Of a stretch of DNA of 64,000 bases, positions 1 to 10,222 are shown piece after piece. The stretch lies in NCBI GenBank assembly GCA_038861545.1, contig JAWCCZ010000002.1:206434-270433 (forward strand). The letters run 5' to 3'. Position numbers and translations under genes: made by a program. This DNA comes from Thermofilaceae archaeon (GTDB taxonomy: Archaea > Thermoproteota > Thermoprotei > Thermofilales > Thermofilaceae). A model generated the notes under the pieces. The model had not been told where the DNA came from. It saw only the letters and a list, made by a program, of their open reading frames with translations, and did no database searches. Positions within the stretch are counted from its first letter, which is position 1; the number at the start of each line of letters is the position of its first letter.

Positions 1-296
1 TCCTCATCGCTGTGCTCTAACAACTCTCTGTAAAGACCAAAACCGGCGTTGTTAACCAGTAGATCAACCTTACCTAGACTGGCTTGAGCTTTACGGAAAA
101 CCATGTTTAAGCTTTCAGGTTTTGAGAGATCTGCAACTATGTAATCGAAGCGCTCTCCAAACATGTTACTGAGATCCTTTAGAGGTTCCTCCCTTCTAGC
201 TATACCTAGAACCTTTGGGCTGCTAAAACGACTACAGACCTCGATACACAAGGCTTTACCTATGCCTGACGACGCTCCCGTGATTACTGCTTTCAT
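1..296 (-). CDS. Short-chain dehydrogenase/reductase (SDR), partial; 3' end runs off the window
   Basis: Hand translation from ATG at 296 gives MKAVITGASSGIGKALC...VDLLVNNAGFG, with the SDR TGxxxGxG and NNAG motifs. Not in the ORF track. Confidence 0.85.
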   Translation of the reverse strand, partial: MKAVITGASSGIGKALCIEVCSRFSSPKVLGIARREEPLKDLSNMFGERFDYIVADLSKPESLNMVFRKAQASLGKVDLLVNNAGFGLYRELLEHSDE

Positions 297-348
297 AGCA
301 TTCCCCACCGGTTCTTAAAGGCAGAGAAACAATCTTTCTGAAAAATTA

Positions 349-996
349 CTATGAGCTTCTGCTTTTCCTAAGCTTATAGAGAGCTACCTCGGCCTTAATG
401 GTCTCCGACGGCAGCTTGTTAGGTATTCCAGCAGCTCTAGCTAGCACGTAGACCTGAGCGGCTCTCTCCACACAAACTAGGATATCAAAAGCTTCCATTA
501 TATCCCTACCACAAGTGAGTATACCGTGGTTAGCCATGATCACGGCGCTTCGATCGCCTAATGCTCCTACCACATTATTGGCAAGCTCTTGAGAACCGAA
601 GATAGCGTAATCTGCAACTTTCACTCCGCCGCCCACATATATTGCAAGCTCCTCTACAACTGGTTCAAGATCTACACGTAAAACGCCGAGAACAGTTGCA
701 TATATTGGATGAGCATGGATGATCGCCCTCACGTCCTGCCTATTCTTGTAAACTGTTACATGTAATGGCAGCTCGACGGATGGTTGACCAGTCCCCTCTA
801 AAACCTCTCCCTCTTCATTAACTAGCAGCACATCCTCAGGCTTCATGGACGCTTTCCTAGCCCCTGTAGGCGATATCAGGTACTCGTTTTCAGAAACTCT
901 AACGCTTACGTTTCCACTGTAGCCGTAGTTAAGATTTTTCTCTTCCATAAGCCTGAAAACAGTTACTATCCGTTCCCGCTCAGTTAGGTACCTCAC
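349..996 (-). CDS. Class II aldolase/adducin family protein (L-fuculose-1-phosphate aldolase-like)
   Basis: SGNVSVR, PSVELPLH, HAHP and NHG zinc-binding motifs. Confidence 0.88.
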   Translation of the reverse strand: MRYLTERERIVTVFRLMEEKNLNYGYSGNVSVRVSENEYLISPTGARKASMKPEDVLLVNEEGEVLEGTGQPSVELPLHVTVYKNRQDVRAIIHAHPIYATVLGVLRVDLEPVVEELAIYVGGGVKVADYAIFGSQELANNVVGALGDRSAVIMANHGILTCGRDIMEAFDILVCVERAAQVYVLARAAGIPNKLPSETIKAEVALYKLRKSRSS

Positions 997-1022
997 ATGT
1001 TAACCCACCTGCAAGATACACT

Positions 1023-2099
1023 TTAATTTTCCTGTGGATGCTCAGATTCCCCAAGAGGTAACTTCACTACTTGACCTGTTCTGCCAGATTGATAAACCGC
1101 CTTTATCAGCTCCAAACTCCTTCTGCCTTCAATACCGTCTACTCGGGGTTTACCGTCCAACGCTACAGATTGAGCGAAATCCTTTATGAGCTTTGTATGG
1201 TTATCTACTGGAACTGCCTCGGGTCTAGACCATGAGGCCAGCCCAGATTCCCTACGTCTCTCTTCGCGAGTTTCTTCACCTCTCATGACTAACATTTTTA
1301 ACTCAGCTCCCTCGATAACCGCTGTACCTTCTGTCCCATGAATTTCAAGTCTAGTTGGTAAGCCAGGGTAAATGGCTGTTGCTCCCTGCACAACGCCAAA
1401 AGCTCCGTTTTTAAACTTCAGTGCAGCTACAGCGAGGTCCTCCACCTCAATGTTATGAGCGAATGTACCAGTTAACCCCCAAAGTTCCTCCACGTCTCCC
1501 ATAAACCAAAGAAGTAGATCGATCGTATGTATAGCTTGGTTGATTAAAGCCCCGCCCCCCTCCGTCGCCCACCTGCCTCTCCAGTCGCTCCGCTCATAGT
1601 ATTCTTGAGGTCTAAACCATTCGACAACCGCTTCGCCCATTATTAACCTGCCTAGCTTCTCTTCCTCGATCAAGCCCTTCAACTTTTCTATAATGGGGTC
1701 GAACCGATACTCAAAAATCACGCCTAGCTTCACTCCTTTCTTTTCAGCCCTTCGAATCATCTCATCCGCTTCCCTAAGGCTAACGGCCATCGGTTTATCG
1801 ACTAGCACATGGAAACCAGCTTCGATCGCCGCTAAAGCTTGAGGAAAATGCAAGTAATGAGGTGTCGAAATAGTTACGACATCGAAACCCCCTTCGTTAA
1901 GCATTTGTTCGAAGCTTGTGTACCATCGCTTTACTCCATACTTTCTGGCGAACTCCTCAGTTTTTATCGCTTTCCTTCCCGCTACGGCTACGAGTTCTGC
2001 CGAACCTTCCCTTTTTAACAGTTGTAATGCCTTGGCTACAAAATCCCCTCCAACACCGGTTCCCACTAAACAAAATCTTATCATCAACCGAGTAAGCAT
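1023..2099 (-). CDS. Gfo/Idh/MocA family oxidoreductase
   Basis: N-terminal Rossmann GTGVGG, TPHYLH, HVLVDKP and GGGALINQAIHTID motifs. Confidence 0.9.
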   Translation of the reverse strand: MLTRLMIRFCLVGTGVGGDFVAKALQLLKREGSAELVAVAGRKAIKTEEFARKYGVKRWYTSFEQMLNEGGFDVVTISTPHYLHFPQALAAIEAGFHVLVDKPMAVSLREADEMIRRAEKKGVKLGVIFEYRFDPIIEKLKGLIEEEKLGRLIMGEAVVEWFRPQEYYERSDWRGRWATEGGGALINQAIHTIDLLLWFMGDVEELWGLTGTFAHNIEVEDLAVAALKFKNGAFGVVQGATAIYPGLPTRLEIHGTEGTAVIEGAELKMLVMRGEETREERRRESGLASWSRPEAVPVDNHTKLIKDFAQSVALDGKPRVDGIEGRRSLELIKAVYQSGRTGQVVKLPLGESEHPQEN

Positions 2100-2227
2100 G
2101 CGTAAGATAAAACTCTTACATTTATTTTTGGATGGTTATGCACTGAAGACTATCAAGCGACTATTAAGTATTGATGAAGCTCGAAAACGGAGCATTGCTT
2201 TTTAATATTTAGACATGAATTCAATGT

Positions 2228-2515
2228 ATGCTCAGTTTCGGTCCTGATGTTGAGCGGCTAGCTAGAAAGCTGGTAGCAGGCTACATGGTCTACTTCTCTT
2301 ACGATCTGCTTAACTCAGAGGGGAGGAAGATTTTCGAGGAGATGGCTAGGATGCTTATACACGAACATCCAGAGTTGAAAAACATAGTCGTGAAAGCTAG
2401 GAAGAATCCTACACTCGAAAACGTGATGAAGATTGCTGAAAGGATTCTGGGCCCGGAGGCTCGGATTTTGCTAAGAAACTCTGTTAACGGCCCATATAGT
2501 TACTACGAGCTTTAA
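2228..2515 (+). CDS. Small hypothetical protein
   Basis: 95-aa ORF with typical composition, ATG start and a T-rich TATA-like element about 25 bp upstream. Confidence 0.65.
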   Translation: MLSFGPDVERLARKLVAGYMVYFSYDLLNSEGRKIFEEMARMLIHEHPELKNIVVKARKNPTLENVMKIAERILGPEARILLRNSVNGPYSYYEL

Positions 2516-2577
2516 TATCAGGAGCCTGGATCCGCTCATAGCTTAGCTCGCTGCTTCCAACCTTCATCACAGGCTGA

Positions 2578-5202
2578 CTATTTCCGTTTACTATTAAAGT
2601 TGACTACTAGTTTATATGCTTCGATAGACACAAATGGAATTGTTATATACGGGACAATTTCCAGTAGCTCATTAAAGGTAAGTGGGGTTAATTCAAATAC
2701 TGTGGATAGCGGCGTGTAAATTGGAATAAGCGACAGTGCAATTCCAGCCAGTATACTTAGAAAAAGCAGCTTGTTTACAGTCTTCAGTTTAAAGAAGGGA
2801 AGTTTTTCACTCCTGAACGCATAAGAGCTTATAGTTTCTCCAAGACAGAAGAAAGCGAAAGCGGCAGTTCTAGCCTTAATTATCCCTATTGGGAGAAAGA
2901 CTAAAAGCATAAAAATCGTTAAGCTAGCCGTCAGCGCTCCAATACCGGTGTAAGCCGCGATCCTCCTAAGAGATATGAGCCGTTCACCTATCCCACGTGG
3001 TGGCCGCTCCATTACACCGGGTTCCTCAGGCTCCAAACCCAAAGCTAATGCTGGTAATGAATCTGTAACCAGGTTTATCCATAATAGCTGGGAAGCGGAC
3101 AATGGCACCGGTAGACCTAGAAGCTCGGCGCTCAATACAGCAAACACTTCGCCAAGGTTGCAGGATAACAGAAAATCTATTGGCTTCTTCACGTTCTCGT
3201 ATATAATCCTACCCTGCTTCACAGCCTCAACTATAGTTGAATAATTGTCATCCGCGAGTACCAAGTCTGCAACCTCTTTCGCTACATCAGTACCCTTAAT
3301 GCCCATGGCTACACCCACGTCAGCAGCTTTCAATGCTGGAGCATCGTTTACGCCATCCCCAGTCATAGCGACTACATACCCTTTCCGCTTCAGGGCTCTT
3401 ACTATACGTAACTTATGGGTTGGAGTTACACGCGCGAATACGCTTACAGTTTCAAGCGCTTTTTCAAGCTCCTCATCACTCATCCGATCAACCTGGCTTC
3501 CCTTCAGAGCAGCACCGGTATCTATGCCGACTTCCTTAGCTATGGCGCTAGCTGTTAACTCGTGATCACCCGTAACTATGATTGTTCGTACACCAGCATG
3601 CTCAGCTAAATCGACAGCCTCTTTAACGCCTTCGCGGGGTGGATCCCATATCGCGAGCACTGCTAGGAACACCATATCTTTTTCAATATCATCTACATCA
3701 GCATCCACCAGCCATGCATCACCTATCCTGTAAGCCGCGCCTAAAGTCCTGTAACCCTTGGATGCATAAGCTTCAATTGCATCTAAAAGGGCTTTTTCAA
3801 GCTCTTGTGTTAAAGGTTGCTGCTCCCCATTAACTTCGATCTGCGAACAGCGTTTAAGTAAGAGCTCTGGGGCGCCGAAGGTTGCTACAAACACTCTACC
3901 GTTGGGTAAACTGTGAAGAGTGCTCTTCCGCTTTCTAACTCTATCGAAATGAAGAGTTCTCAGCCTTGGATACTTATCCGCTATGTCAAACCCCTTCCTT
4001 AGGGAAAGATCTTTCAATGCAACCTCTGTGGGTTGACCTCTAAGGATTATTTTACTACCGGATTTTTCGACGGCGACATCGTTATAAATAGCGCACATGT
4101 AGAGGAGCCGCTCGACCCCTTTGCTTTCAGGTAAACTACTGTTCATACTTACCGTAGAGTTTACATCCAAGTCCTTTAAGTCGATGAAGATCCTTCTAAC
4201 CTCCATCTCCCCTTTAGTTATAGTACCGGTTTTATCGCTGCAGATCACGTTGCAAGCCCCTAAGGTTTCAATAGCAGCTAACTTCCTCACTATCGCGTTA
4301 ACCTTAGCCATTCGAAGCGCCCCAATCGCCAGTATGGCAGTTGCTATTGCTGGCAAGCCCTCGGGAACAGCGGCTACGGCAAGTGCTGCAGCTGTTAGCA
4401 TTGCATCGGCTAATCCCTCTCCTATGGCTAGCTCTAACAGGAAAACAAGGGCGCAAAGAGCCAATAAGAGACCGCCAATCCATTTCCCGAAACGATCAAG
4501 TTCAACTTCTAAAAGAGTCTTCTGAGCCTCGACCTGTTCCAAGCTAGCCGCTATCTTACCTAGCTCAGTCGACATGCCTGTAGCTACTACGACGCCTTTA
4601 CCTGCGCCTTTGACGACATAAGTTCCTGTAAAGACTATGTTGGATCGCTCGTAAACTTGGGCATCCTCCGGCAGCACTTGACTTGGATCCTTTTCTACCG
4701 GAATGCTTTCCCCAGTTAAAGGTGATTCATCGACTTCTATGTTCTCAGCTTCTATCAACCTTAAATCCGCTGGAACTCTATCTCCTTCGCTGAGAATTAC
4801 GATATCACCGGGTACAATAAATTTAGCTTCAATTAATTTAACTTGACCATCCCTGATAACTTTAGCTTTGGGTGCAGCCATTTCCTTAAGAGTTTGAACA
4901 GCTTTTTCCGCCTTGTACTCTTGCAGGAAACCAGCTACCGCCATTAGGATGATGATGCCCACGATTAATACTGAATCTAAAACCTCTCCAAGTGCGAAGG
5001 ACAGGAGAGTTGCCGCTAATAGGATATACACAAGAAAGCTCTTAAACTGGCTCAGAAACATTAGAATAGGGTTAACGCGTTTACCTGCAAGCTCGTTGAA
5101 ACCATATTTTCGAATTCTTTCCTCTGCCTCTTGCTCGGTAAGCCCCTTTAGCGAAGTACCCAGTTTCGCAAGCGCTTCATTAACGCTAACTGAGTGCCAC
5201 AT
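2578..5202 (-). CDS. Cation-transporting P-type ATPase (type IIA, Ca2+-ATPase-like)
   Basis: TGES, PEGL, DKTGT phosphorylation site, TGD, GDGVND and TM5/6 NLGE/INLVTD motifs. Start taken at MWHS (5202) rather than the ORF-track 5244. Confidence 0.93.
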   Translation of the reverse strand: MWHSVSVNEALAKLGTSLKGLTEQEAEERIRKYGFNELAGKRVNPILMFLSQFKSFLVYILLAATLLSFALGEVLDSVLIVGIIILMAVAGFLQEYKAEKAVQTLKEMAAPKAKVIRDGQVKLIEAKFIVPGDIVILSEGDRVPADLRLIEAENIEVDESPLTGESIPVEKDPSQVLPEDAQVYERSNIVFTGTYVVKGAGKGVVVATGMSTELGKIAASLEQVEAQKTLLEVELDRFGKWIGGLLLALCALVFLLELAIGEGLADAMLTAAALAVAAVPEGLPAIATAILAIGALRMAKVNAIVRKLAAIETLGACNVICSDKTGTITKGEMEVRRIFIDLKDLDVNSTVSMNSSLPESKGVERLLYMCAIYNDVAVEKSGSKIILRGQPTEVALKDLSLRKGFDIADKYPRLRTLHFDRVRKRKSTLHSLPNGRVFVATFGAPELLLKRCSQIEVNGEQQPLTQELEKALLDAIEAYASKGYRTLGAAYRIGDAWLVDADVDDIEKDMVFLAVLAIWDPPREGVKEAVDLAEHAGVRTIIVTGDHELTASAIAKEVGIDTGAALKGSQVDRMSDEELEKALETVSVFARVTPTHKLRIVRALKRKGYVVAMTGDGVNDAPALKAADVGVAMGIKGTDVAKEVADLVLADDNYSTIVEAVKQGRIIYENVKKPIDFLLSCNLGEVFAVLSAELLGLPVPLSASQLLWINLVTDSLPALALGLEPEEPGVMERPPRGIGERLISLRRIAAYTGIGALTASLTIFMLLVFLPIGIIKARTAAFAFFCLGETISSYAFRSEKLPFFKLKTVNKLLFLSILAGIALSLIPIYTPLSTVFELTPLTFNELLEIVPYITIPFVSIEAYKLVVNFNSKRK

Positions 5203-5427
5203 TTCGTGTCGGAGCGAGAGTTCAAAGTAGTAAAAAAACTTCACGCTAATAAGTGCTCGATTAAGATGCTAAATCTAAACACAAAGTTTGCTGAAAACTC
5301 ATTAATACCCATTAGCGTGTGTATCGAAGTAAATTGTTTTTCTGATCAGCCTTAGAGCGAGTTCCATAAAAAGTTTCACTTATAAGATTAGTAAAAATAT
5401 CTCCATGGGTTATACAGAAGGATACCG

Positions 5428-7002
5428 CTAGCTTTGCAACATTATGCGAGGTATAGGTTCCCAGTCATCGAAAGGTGGTCTAACCCGCTTGCACTCCTCC
5501 GGGTTCAGTGAAAGCAAATGTGCTTTAGGAAGAGCGTCCAGCAAGTCGGTTGCTAGAATGTGGTATCCTCTCTCCATAGCTACTAAATCTCCGGCAAGTC
5601 CGTTAACGAACGCGGCAGCACACGCGGCCCTGAAGGGATCCTTTGTCCACGCGAGAAACGTAGCGGTAACGCCTGTGAGCACATCCCCTGTGCCTCCAAC
5701 CGTCATTCCAGGATTACCGGTTTTATTCAATTTCACCCGCTCGCCGTCGCTTACAATGTCAATGTGTCCCTTCAAGAGTACAGTGCAACCCGTCATAGAG
5801 GACAAACGCTTAGCCGCTTCTACCCTTTCCTCAACATTTTCACCGACGCTCCAGCCCGTTATCGCTTTCAGCTCACCGGCATGGGGGGTTAGTACCACCT
5901 TGCCCCCTTTAACTGAATAAATGTCAGTTGCCAATGCTTTAAGCGCGTCTGCGTCGATCACCATTAATTTGCTGGAAGAGAACTCGGTCATTAAGCGTAG
6001 AGAAGCTTCTAAGGTCTCTTCGGCGAGACCCAAACCCGGGCCTATGGCTACTACATCAAATTTCTCTGCTACTTTTAAAAGTTCATTCAGAAGCTTCGGC
6101 GTTAAACGTTTCCCCTCATAGGGGACTACTATCAAGTTCGGTGAGAAGGCCCTTACTGGGCCTGCTGCCTGTTCGGGGACCGCGACCGCGACTAAGTCGG
6201 CCCCCATTCTTAAGCTGGCCAAAGCCGTAAGAGCTGGAGCGCCCGTGTAGGTTTCCGAGCCGCCGATAATCAATACCCTTCCGAAATCACCTTTCTTGCT
6301 CCAAGGCCTTCGAGACTTCGTGGCGGCTATCGAGTCCCCGGGGCCACAGATAAGCTCAGCCTCAAGCGGAACGCCTGCCTGCTCGACGACAAGCTCACCC
6401 ACGTACCTCTTAGCCTCTTCCCTCAGCAGGCCTGGCTTGGCAGTGTGGAAGGTAACCGTGAGATCCGCTTCAACAGCGACGCCCAATACCTCCCCAGTGT
6501 CCGCGTCCAAGCCCGAGGGGACGTCAACCGCAACCTTGAGCATGGAGCCCGAGTTGTTCACCGCCTCAATGGCCCTCCTGTAGGGGCCCCGAACCTCGCT
6601 TTTAAGCCCTGTACCAAATATCGCGTCGATGATAACGTCGGCCGACTCCAGCAGCGCAGGTGCGCGCTCGGCACAGGGGTCCACGACTAACTCCACCGTC
6701 GATGCCATCGAGCGCAGTGCCTCAAAGTTGGCCCTCGCCTCCCTAGTCCTGATAGCCTCGGCTCGCGCGAGAAGGGCTACTGTTACACGGGCGAAGGGGG
6801 CTAGGTGACGGGCAGCAACCATGCCGTCACCGCCGTTGTTCCCGGGGCCGCAGAGGATTAAAATCTTCTCCCCCTTCAGCCTCGACTTCACGTGCCTGGC
6901 TACGGCAGCGCCTGCGTTCTCCATCAGCTGGAGGCGGCTGACGCCTAAGTACTCGGAGTTATCATCAAAGATCGATAAATCTAGGCTGGTTAAGACACGC
7001 AC
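5428..7002 (-). CDS. nnr: Bifunctional NAD(P)H-hydrate epimerase/dehydratase (YjeF_N plus carbohydrate-kinase fold)
   Basis: LMENAG, GPGNNGGDG and VDVPSG (NnrE domain); KGDFG, GPGLG, TPHAGE and GGTGDVL (NnrD domain). Confidence 0.93.
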   Translation of the reverse strand: MRVLTSLDLSIFDDNSEYLGVSRLQLMENAGAAVARHVKSRLKGEKILILCGPGNNGGDGMVAARHLAPFARVTVALLARAEAIRTREARANFEALRSMASTVELVVDPCAERAPALLESADVIIDAIFGTGLKSEVRGPYRRAIEAVNNSGSMLKVAVDVPSGLDADTGEVLGVAVEADLTVTFHTAKPGLLREEAKRYVGELVVEQAGVPLEAELICGPGDSIAATKSRRPWSKKGDFGRVLIIGGSETYTGAPALTALASLRMGADLVAVAVPEQAAGPVRAFSPNLIVVPYEGKRLTPKLLNELLKVAEKFDVVAIGPGLGLAEETLEASLRLMTEFSSSKLMVIDADALKALATDIYSVKGGKVVLTPHAGELKAITGWSVGENVEERVEAAKRLSSMTGCTVLLKGHIDIVSDGERVKLNKTGNPGMTVGGTGDVLTGVTATFLAWTKDPFRAACAAAFVNGLAGDLVAMERGYHILATDLLDALPKAHLLSLNPEECKRVRPPFDDWEPIPRIMLQS

Positions 7003-7082
7003 AGTAGGACTACATTGCCAGCTAATTAAATTTACTTTAAAAGGAATTAAGAAAGAAAAGGGAAAGGGACAGGTTAGCCTGC

Positions 7083-7313
7083 TTACCTATAGCCCAGCAT
7101 CATCTGCCTGCGTTCAAGGAAATCGCGGTGCTCTTTTAACAGGTTGAAAAGCGCAGTCCGAATCGCCTCACTCCTATTGTTGAATACACCCATATCCACG
7201 AGTTGATCGAGCGCGTCCAGAAGAGCCCTCGGTATATGGAAGCTTACGATATAAGTTTTAGAGCCTATCACTAAAGGCGGTTTTCTGAGTTCCTCTTTGT
7301 TGCTCATCATCAT
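7083..7313 (-). CDS. Ribbon-helix-helix (CopG/Arc/MetJ) DNA-binding protein
   Basis: IVSFHIP...LDALDQLVDMGVFNNRSEAIR matches the RHH pattern. Confidence 0.85.
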   Translation of the reverse strand: MMMSNKEELRKPPLVIGSKTYIVSFHIPRALLDALDQLVDMGVFNNRSEAIRTALFNLLKEHRDFLERRQMMLGYR

Positions 7314-7458
7314 AATATGTGGTGGGCAGGTATTTTAAGCTGATACTTGCATGATTTATACCCTTGTATGATCGAATTAAAATAATAGTACGCGGGTAAT
7401 ACTGTACTTTAGCATGGAGGTCAACAATAAATACGCATGAATCGCCGGTGCTGACAGT

Positions 7459-8175
7459 ATGAGCACTATCAACGCTCTAAAAACGAAGATAAGAGAAGAA
7501 GTTTGGAACACTCTCGACGTTAACAGAGTAGCTTCGCCTAGACCCAGTAAAGGTAAAATACCTACCTTCGCTGGTGCTCGAACCGCAGCCCTAAAGTTAG
7601 TTAAAAGAGATCTATTCAAAGGAGCTGAAGTGGTTTTCTCCACTCCAGACTCTTCGTTACAGCCAATTCGAGAAGAAACGCTAAAAACCGGTAAAACGCT
7701 CGTAATGATAACCCCCAACCTTAGTGGATTCGTTATTGTAGATGGGGGCAGTATCCCAAACTATAGGATCACGATTGCCGCTACACCGAGAGGGGCTTTA
7801 ACATTCGGCCAAAGAGTTAAGGTACCTGAAAACGTTAAAGTGGATCTAATACTCGTGGGCAGCGTGGCTGTGGATAGGCTCGGCGGTCGCCTCGGAAGGG
7901 GGGACGGTCAGCAGGATATAGAATACGCTGTTCTGCGGGAGCTAAAGTTGATCAGCGACCAAACTCCAGTGGTTACAGCTATTCATGACCTCCAAATAGT
8001 TTCCAGGGTGCCAATGCTTTACCATGACTTACCAGTCGACTATATAATTACACCTACACTATTCTTAAAAATTCAAGACGGTTATAAGAAACCCTCAGGC
8101 ATTATCTGGGATGTCGTGAACGCAGAGACAATAGAAAAACTCCCACTTCTTAAAATATTATATGGTTCCGTTTAA
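7459..8175 (+). CDS. 5-formyltetrahydrofolate cyclo-ligase family protein (MTHFSD-like paralog)
   Basis: KIPTFAGA, PDSSLQPIR, GSVAVD, RLGRGDG and HDLPVD motifs. Confidence 0.85.
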   Translation: MSTINALKTKIREEVWNTLDVNRVASPRPSKGKIPTFAGARTAALKLVKRDLFKGAEVVFSTPDSSLQPIREETLKTGKTLVMITPNLSGFVIVDGGSIPNYRITIAATPRGALTFGQRVKVPENVKVDLILVGSVAVDRLGGRLGRGDGQQDIEYAVLRELKLISDQTPVVTAIHDLQIVSRVPMLYHDLPVDYIITPTLFLKIQDGYKKPSGIIWDVVNAETIEKLPLLKILYGSV

Positions 8176-8287
8176 TGTATTGAAATAGAATGGTTCAAAT
8201 CTGATTACCTCTAAGGTTTTAAAAGTAATTAACAAGAATTCAGATATAATGCCAGAGAATAAAGTAAAAATCTCTTAAATAAGAAAA

Positions 8288-10222
8288 TTAGTATGGAGCC
8301 AGCCACGTAGACTTTACCATTATGGCAAAAGATATTAACAGCGAAGTTGCTACACCATATCCAACGACTGCACCAGCGTACACAGACCATTTAAGCCTCT
8401 CTACTGTTTCACGCTTGAAGCGAATTAGAATCCTATAAATTACGTGACCGATAGCTATCGATATCGCGTACGGAGGTATAGTTGAAGCTCCCACAGTAAA
8501 TATCACGAGCGAGAATGGGATGCGTAAAACCTTCGTGACAAAGTGTAGAAGAACTCCTAGTATGAATGCTGCTTCGAGAATAGGGTAGCTTTGACCCGGG
8601 TTTAGCAAAATCGATTGAAAAGCAGTGCCTCTCGTAATCCATAAGCAGCTTTGGATCACGTTTATGGGCCAGCTAGCTTGAGCCCAAGGATATGCTTGAG
8701 ATGGAATCGGACCGAACAACCAAATGATACTCGTGTGGATGAAACTCATTATCAGCGAAAGAGGTATCGCGATAGCGGCCACTGTGAGCACAACATCCCT
8801 AAGTTTTAATCCTATGTAGCGAGCCACGTAGAAGCGTGTACACCAAGTAACTCCATCACCCGGCATGGGGGCCAGCCAAGCACTGACTCCAAGCTGGCTG
8901 TGAACCGGTATATTACCTGAAGTCTGCGTAGTTATCAGAACTATCTCCCTCAGCGGTATTTGAGCCACCGAGTAACCGGTTTCTCCGACACCCCTCGCGT
9001 TAATTAGAGTAGAGAATAACGGCCAAAACACCGTCAGAATAGTTAAAGGAAGTATTGGAAATGATGGAAGGAGCAACGCTAAACTCGCCGTCCAAGCAGC
9101 AACGCCTAGAAAATAAATCGCTAACAACTTCCAATACGAGAATCCGACTGGTGCATTACCCCTCGCGCTACCTCCAAGTGTTGAGAAAGCACTTTTAAGG
9201 AACCTGCCTATGCGTGTTAGCTCAACAACCATTATCGCGAAAGTTAAGCCCACGAACGCGCTGCTCCAAACATGTAGGTACGTGAACTGCCAGTTCAGCG
9301 TTATATTGAATCCTGGTGTCCACTCAGGAACCAAATCCCTGAAGTAGGATAACAGTAAGGAGTTACCGATTATCCATATGGTGATAGAGCCGATTAGCAT
9401 AAGTACAACGTTAAATGTCGGAAGAATCAATCCTGCAAAGAATGTGAATAAGTCTGTAGCGATTCCTAGCAGAGTGCCGGGTAAGCCCAGCAAAGATTCG
9501 GCCCCTACTGATAGGTCAATAAAAGGTACCGGTATTAGCGTTACCACTCTGCCTCCCATCGTAGAGCCCAGTATATACGGTGTATAAACAAGCAGTGCGT
9601 AGACAAAAGCCGCTATAAAACCAAGAACCATAGCTCGCATTTTCTCATGCTCTCTTTCGCCCAGCGTAACAGCAATCTCTGCATCCACCCTAGCGAAGGG
9701 GAAAGGAAGTTTCTCCTCTATTACGTACATTTGATAAGCAAGGTATCCCAAGGGGAGTTCTATCACAAGCGGTAAAATAACCCCTAAGACAATTGAAACA
9801 AGAATTGGAATGAACCACTCCGGGTGAAGGAAAGTTCTGATTACCTGTTGTCTGATCAGAGGGTTACTGGGAACCCACCATTCTGGTAGGTATTCAGTTA
9901 CGCCGAAAGCCATTGCTTCAGGGCTGTTAGCAAAGTAAACCCTGTATATGAACTGGAAAAAGAACACATTATAGGCGGAGAGGCTTATTGCCAGATTCAT
10001 CAAGTATATCTCCTGTGATGAAAGGAAACGGCCTCCAAAACTCCTGAGCACAAAGTTAAACAATAGAATAGTTGTAAATGCAAGTCCTCCCGCGGCTCCC
10101 CCTATTAAGTTCATCCATATAGCTACTGGCATCAATGCGAGCGACGCAAAAATAGCAGCCAGTACAACGCGGAAGGTTATACCGCTCACCAATTGGGATT
10201 CTTGTATGCTCATGCAAACCAC
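8288..10222 (-). CDS. OPT (oligopeptide transporter) superfamily-like multi-pass membrane protein
   Basis: Many hydrophobic segments; N-terminal GITFRVV, LSSQE and YVIEEKLPFPFARV (OPT-like E-x-L-P-F-P motif). Confidence 0.7.
   Translation of the reverse strand: MVCMSIQESQLVSGITFRVVLAAIFASLALMPVAIWMNLIGGAAGGLAFTTILLFNFVLRSFGGRFLSSQEIYLMNLAISLSAYNVFFFQFIYRVYFANSPEAMAFGVTEYLPEWWVPSNPLIRQQVIRTFLHPEWFIPILVSIVLGVILPLVIELPLGYLAYQMYVIEEKLPFPFARVDAEIAVTLGEREHEKMRAMVLGFIAAFVYALLVYTPYILGSTMGGRVVTLIPVPFIDLSVGAESLLGLPGTLLGIATDLFTFFAGLILPTFNVVLMLIGSITIWIIGNSLLLSYFRDLVPEWTPGFNITLNWQFTYLHVWSSAFVGLTFAIMVVELTRIGRFLKSAFSTLGGSARGNAPVGFSYWKLLAIYFLGVAAWTASLALLLPSFPILPLTILTVFWPLFSTLINARGVGETGYSVAQIPLREIVLITTQTSGNIPVHSQLGVSAWLAPMPGDGVTWCTRFYVARYIGLKLRDVVLTVAAIAIPLSLIMSFIHTSIIWLFGPIPSQAYPWAQASWPINVIQSCLWITRGTAFQSILLNPGQSYPILEAAFILGVLLHFVTKVLRIPFSLVIFTVGASTIPPYAISIAIGHVIYRILIRFKRETVERLKWSVYAGAVVGYGVATSLLISFAIMVKSTWLAPY

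Noticed and set aside
2975-5230. Several plus-strand ORFs inside the P-type ATPase, and similar antisense ORFs in nnr, gapN, the isomerase, the NosD protein, DUF4097 and cmr4
   Set aside because: They are antisense shadows of well-supported genes, are Ser/Thr/Pro-rich and show no recognisable motifs.
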